From: an uncultured Bdellovibrionales bacterium
GTDB taxonomy: Bacteria; Bdellovibrionota_C; UBA2361; SZUA-149; DAOLCO01
NCBI GenBank assembly: GCA_964612555.1
Contig: CAZTBW010000004.1
Location: forward strand, 123,713-187,712
Direction: 5' to 3'
DNA: 64,000 bases
Shown: piece after piece, positions 63,059 through 64,000 of the stretch
How the letters are laid out: every line of letters starts with the position of its first letter
Position numbering within the stretch: position 1 is the first letter of the stretch
Made by a program: the position numbers and the translations under genes
The notes under the pieces: model-generated
Told to the model about the DNA's origin: nothing
The model's database searches: none
The model's input: only the letters and a program-made list of their open reading frames with translations

Positions 63059-63919
63059 CTATTCCTCTCTGCTCGAATGATCTTCTTCCACCACATATAC
63101 CTTAAAACCATCAGGAGGTCTGAAGGAAAAGAGGGTTTGGAAATCTCCTGTAAGTTCCGGATTAAACTTTTTGAGAGTATAATGAATACGAATTGATTGC
63201 TTTTTGATCTCCAGAGTAATTTTTTGAGGTATGTTCTTAAATTCATCAGAGTACTCATACGTTATCTCCAGAACATCTTTTGAATCATCCGGACGAAATA
63301 GCGTGCGCTCTAATCTAATCCCCGGGATATCTGTTAAAACGTCTTTCAAAAGTGCCTCATATTTTCCACCTGTGCTCCTACCCTTAATCATATATTCATA
63401 AGGGGGTTCTGAACCGTTTGAGATACTTCTTAACATCACAGGTTCCTCTCTGGCACTCCAAATGGCTGCGGGAAGATATCCGAAGATAATCGCTTTGTAA
63501 TTTTCCATGGAGAGTAAAGAAGATGGTAATTCAGGAAGATATATTTTATCAGGAACGTACTCTATTACGGCTTCTCTTCGCCCCATGTCAGAGGAAATAC
63601 TGCTGACCGGTCCACTTACGGCATAAAAAAGGAGTTTGCTGAAATTGGGAGTGTAGAGAGAGATTCTTGTAAATTCATCTGTAAAAATCATTGCATGTTC
63701 AAAACTGGTAGTTTTAAGTGTCGTTCGAAATTCTACCGAATGAACACTCGTCCCTTGAGTCCTTCCTTCATCTATCTTAATTTTTTTTTGCACTTCATCA
63801 CTTTGTTCAGATGGCAAGAGAGAGAACTTGCTTTCATCCGGCACGAGAGAATAGCGATGAGTAGTACATGAAGTGGAAAAGAGAAAAAAAGGTACAATAA
63901 AAAGGATTAGTGTTCTCAT
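63059..63919 (-). CDS. lipoprotein, unknown
   Basis: Signal peptide with FSTSC lipobox; 286 aa. Confidence 0.4.
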   Translation of the reverse strand: MRTLILFIVPFFLFSTSCTTHRYSLVPDESKFSLLPSEQSDEVQKKIKIDEGRTQGTSVHSVEFRTTLKTTSFEHAMIFTDEFTRISLYTPNFSKLLFYAVSGPVSSISSDMGRREAVIEYVPDKIYLPELPSSLLSMENYKAIIFGYLPAAIWSAREEPVMLRSISNGSEPPYEYMIKGRSTGGKYEALLKDVLTDIPGIRLERTLFRPDDSKDVLEITYEYSDEFKNIPQKITLEIKKQSIRIHYTLKKFNPELTGDFQTLFSFRPPDGFKVYVVEEDHSSREE

Positions 63920-63930
63920 AACAGAGACGC

Positions 63931-64000
63931 GTTACTCCAAACCCTTAAGAATCTCCCTGATCTCATTTTGCAGATCTTTCTGTGACGTATCTCCCTCAAG
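63931..64000 (-). CDS. 3' end of a gene running off the window (C-terminus ...EIREILKGLE)
   Basis: Open frame on minus strand ending TAA at 63931..63933. Confidence 0.3.

Overview
This 64-kb window is densely coded chromosomal DNA from a diderm (Gram-negative-type) bacterium. GC content is about 42%. Shine-Dalgarno AGGAG-type ribosome-binding sites are common, and several genes use GTG or TTG starts. I call roughly 80 protein genes on both strands, 2 tRNAs (tRNA-Lys(TTT) on +, tRNA-Glu(TTC) on -) and one RNase P RNA (rnpB, type A, minus strand 14528..14873). The six-frame ORF track mis-reads rnpB as three small ORFs.

Housekeeping content (family calls from motifs):
- polyprenyl diphosphate synthase, Cys/Met PLP enzyme, 6-phosphogluconolactonase
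- TatA/B-TatC
- M42 peptidase, CoaD, RsmD
- SthA-like flavoprotein, NUDIX hydrolase
- TesA-like GDSL esterase divergent from a YbbA/YbbP-type ABC pair
- PlsC
- NadA with a NifS-like desulfurase and a HAD-IIA phosphatase
- class II fumarase
- Tmk-HolB preceded by a single-domain CheY-like receiver

Accessory or unusual content:
1. A co-directional type III secretion-like module (8433..13549, minus strand). It holds a TPR lipoprotein, SctV/FlhA, two ~94-aa ORFs, a SctQ/FliN SpoA-domain protein, an SctJ-type lipoprotein and a sigma-28-family sigma factor. No SctRSTU, ATPase or secretin lies in the window.
2. A 678-aa flagellin (25671..27707, minus). Its variable region is replaced by 6-7 tandem ~46-aa TolB/PD40-like beta-propeller repeats. 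A perfect 28-bp inverted repeat sits in its 5' leader. The gene lies in a 7.6-kb stretch between the two tRNAs, together with an orphan Wzt/TagH ABC ATPase and an AlbA_2/HATPase_c_4 (Schlafen-like) protein. That protein is flanked by iteron-containing inverted repeats.
3. A 74-aa histone-fold protein (17032..17256) resembling archaeal HMfB and bacterial Bd0055-type histones.
4. A redox module: a MarR-family regulator with a C-terminal 4-Cys cluster, translationally coupled to a truncated hemoglobin. Divergent from this pair is a glutaredoxin/thioredoxin-like gene, across a promoter carrying two copies of a 13-bp palindrome (TATCGAcTCGATA).
5. Three adjacent genes for small secreted Cys/His-rich proteins (37579..38980).
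6. Four consecutive genes with prepilin/pseudopilin-like N-termini (57427..59910).
7. A HigB/RelE-like toxin with an XRE antitoxin.
8. A large FG-GAP/VCBS repeat protein with dockerin-like Ca-binding motifs.
9. Several long intergenic inverted repeats (7157..7310; 23908..24058; 27755..27839).

No CRISPR array, integrase or transposase was seen. All family assignments come from motif-level reading of the translations and need confirmation by HMM or BLAST.
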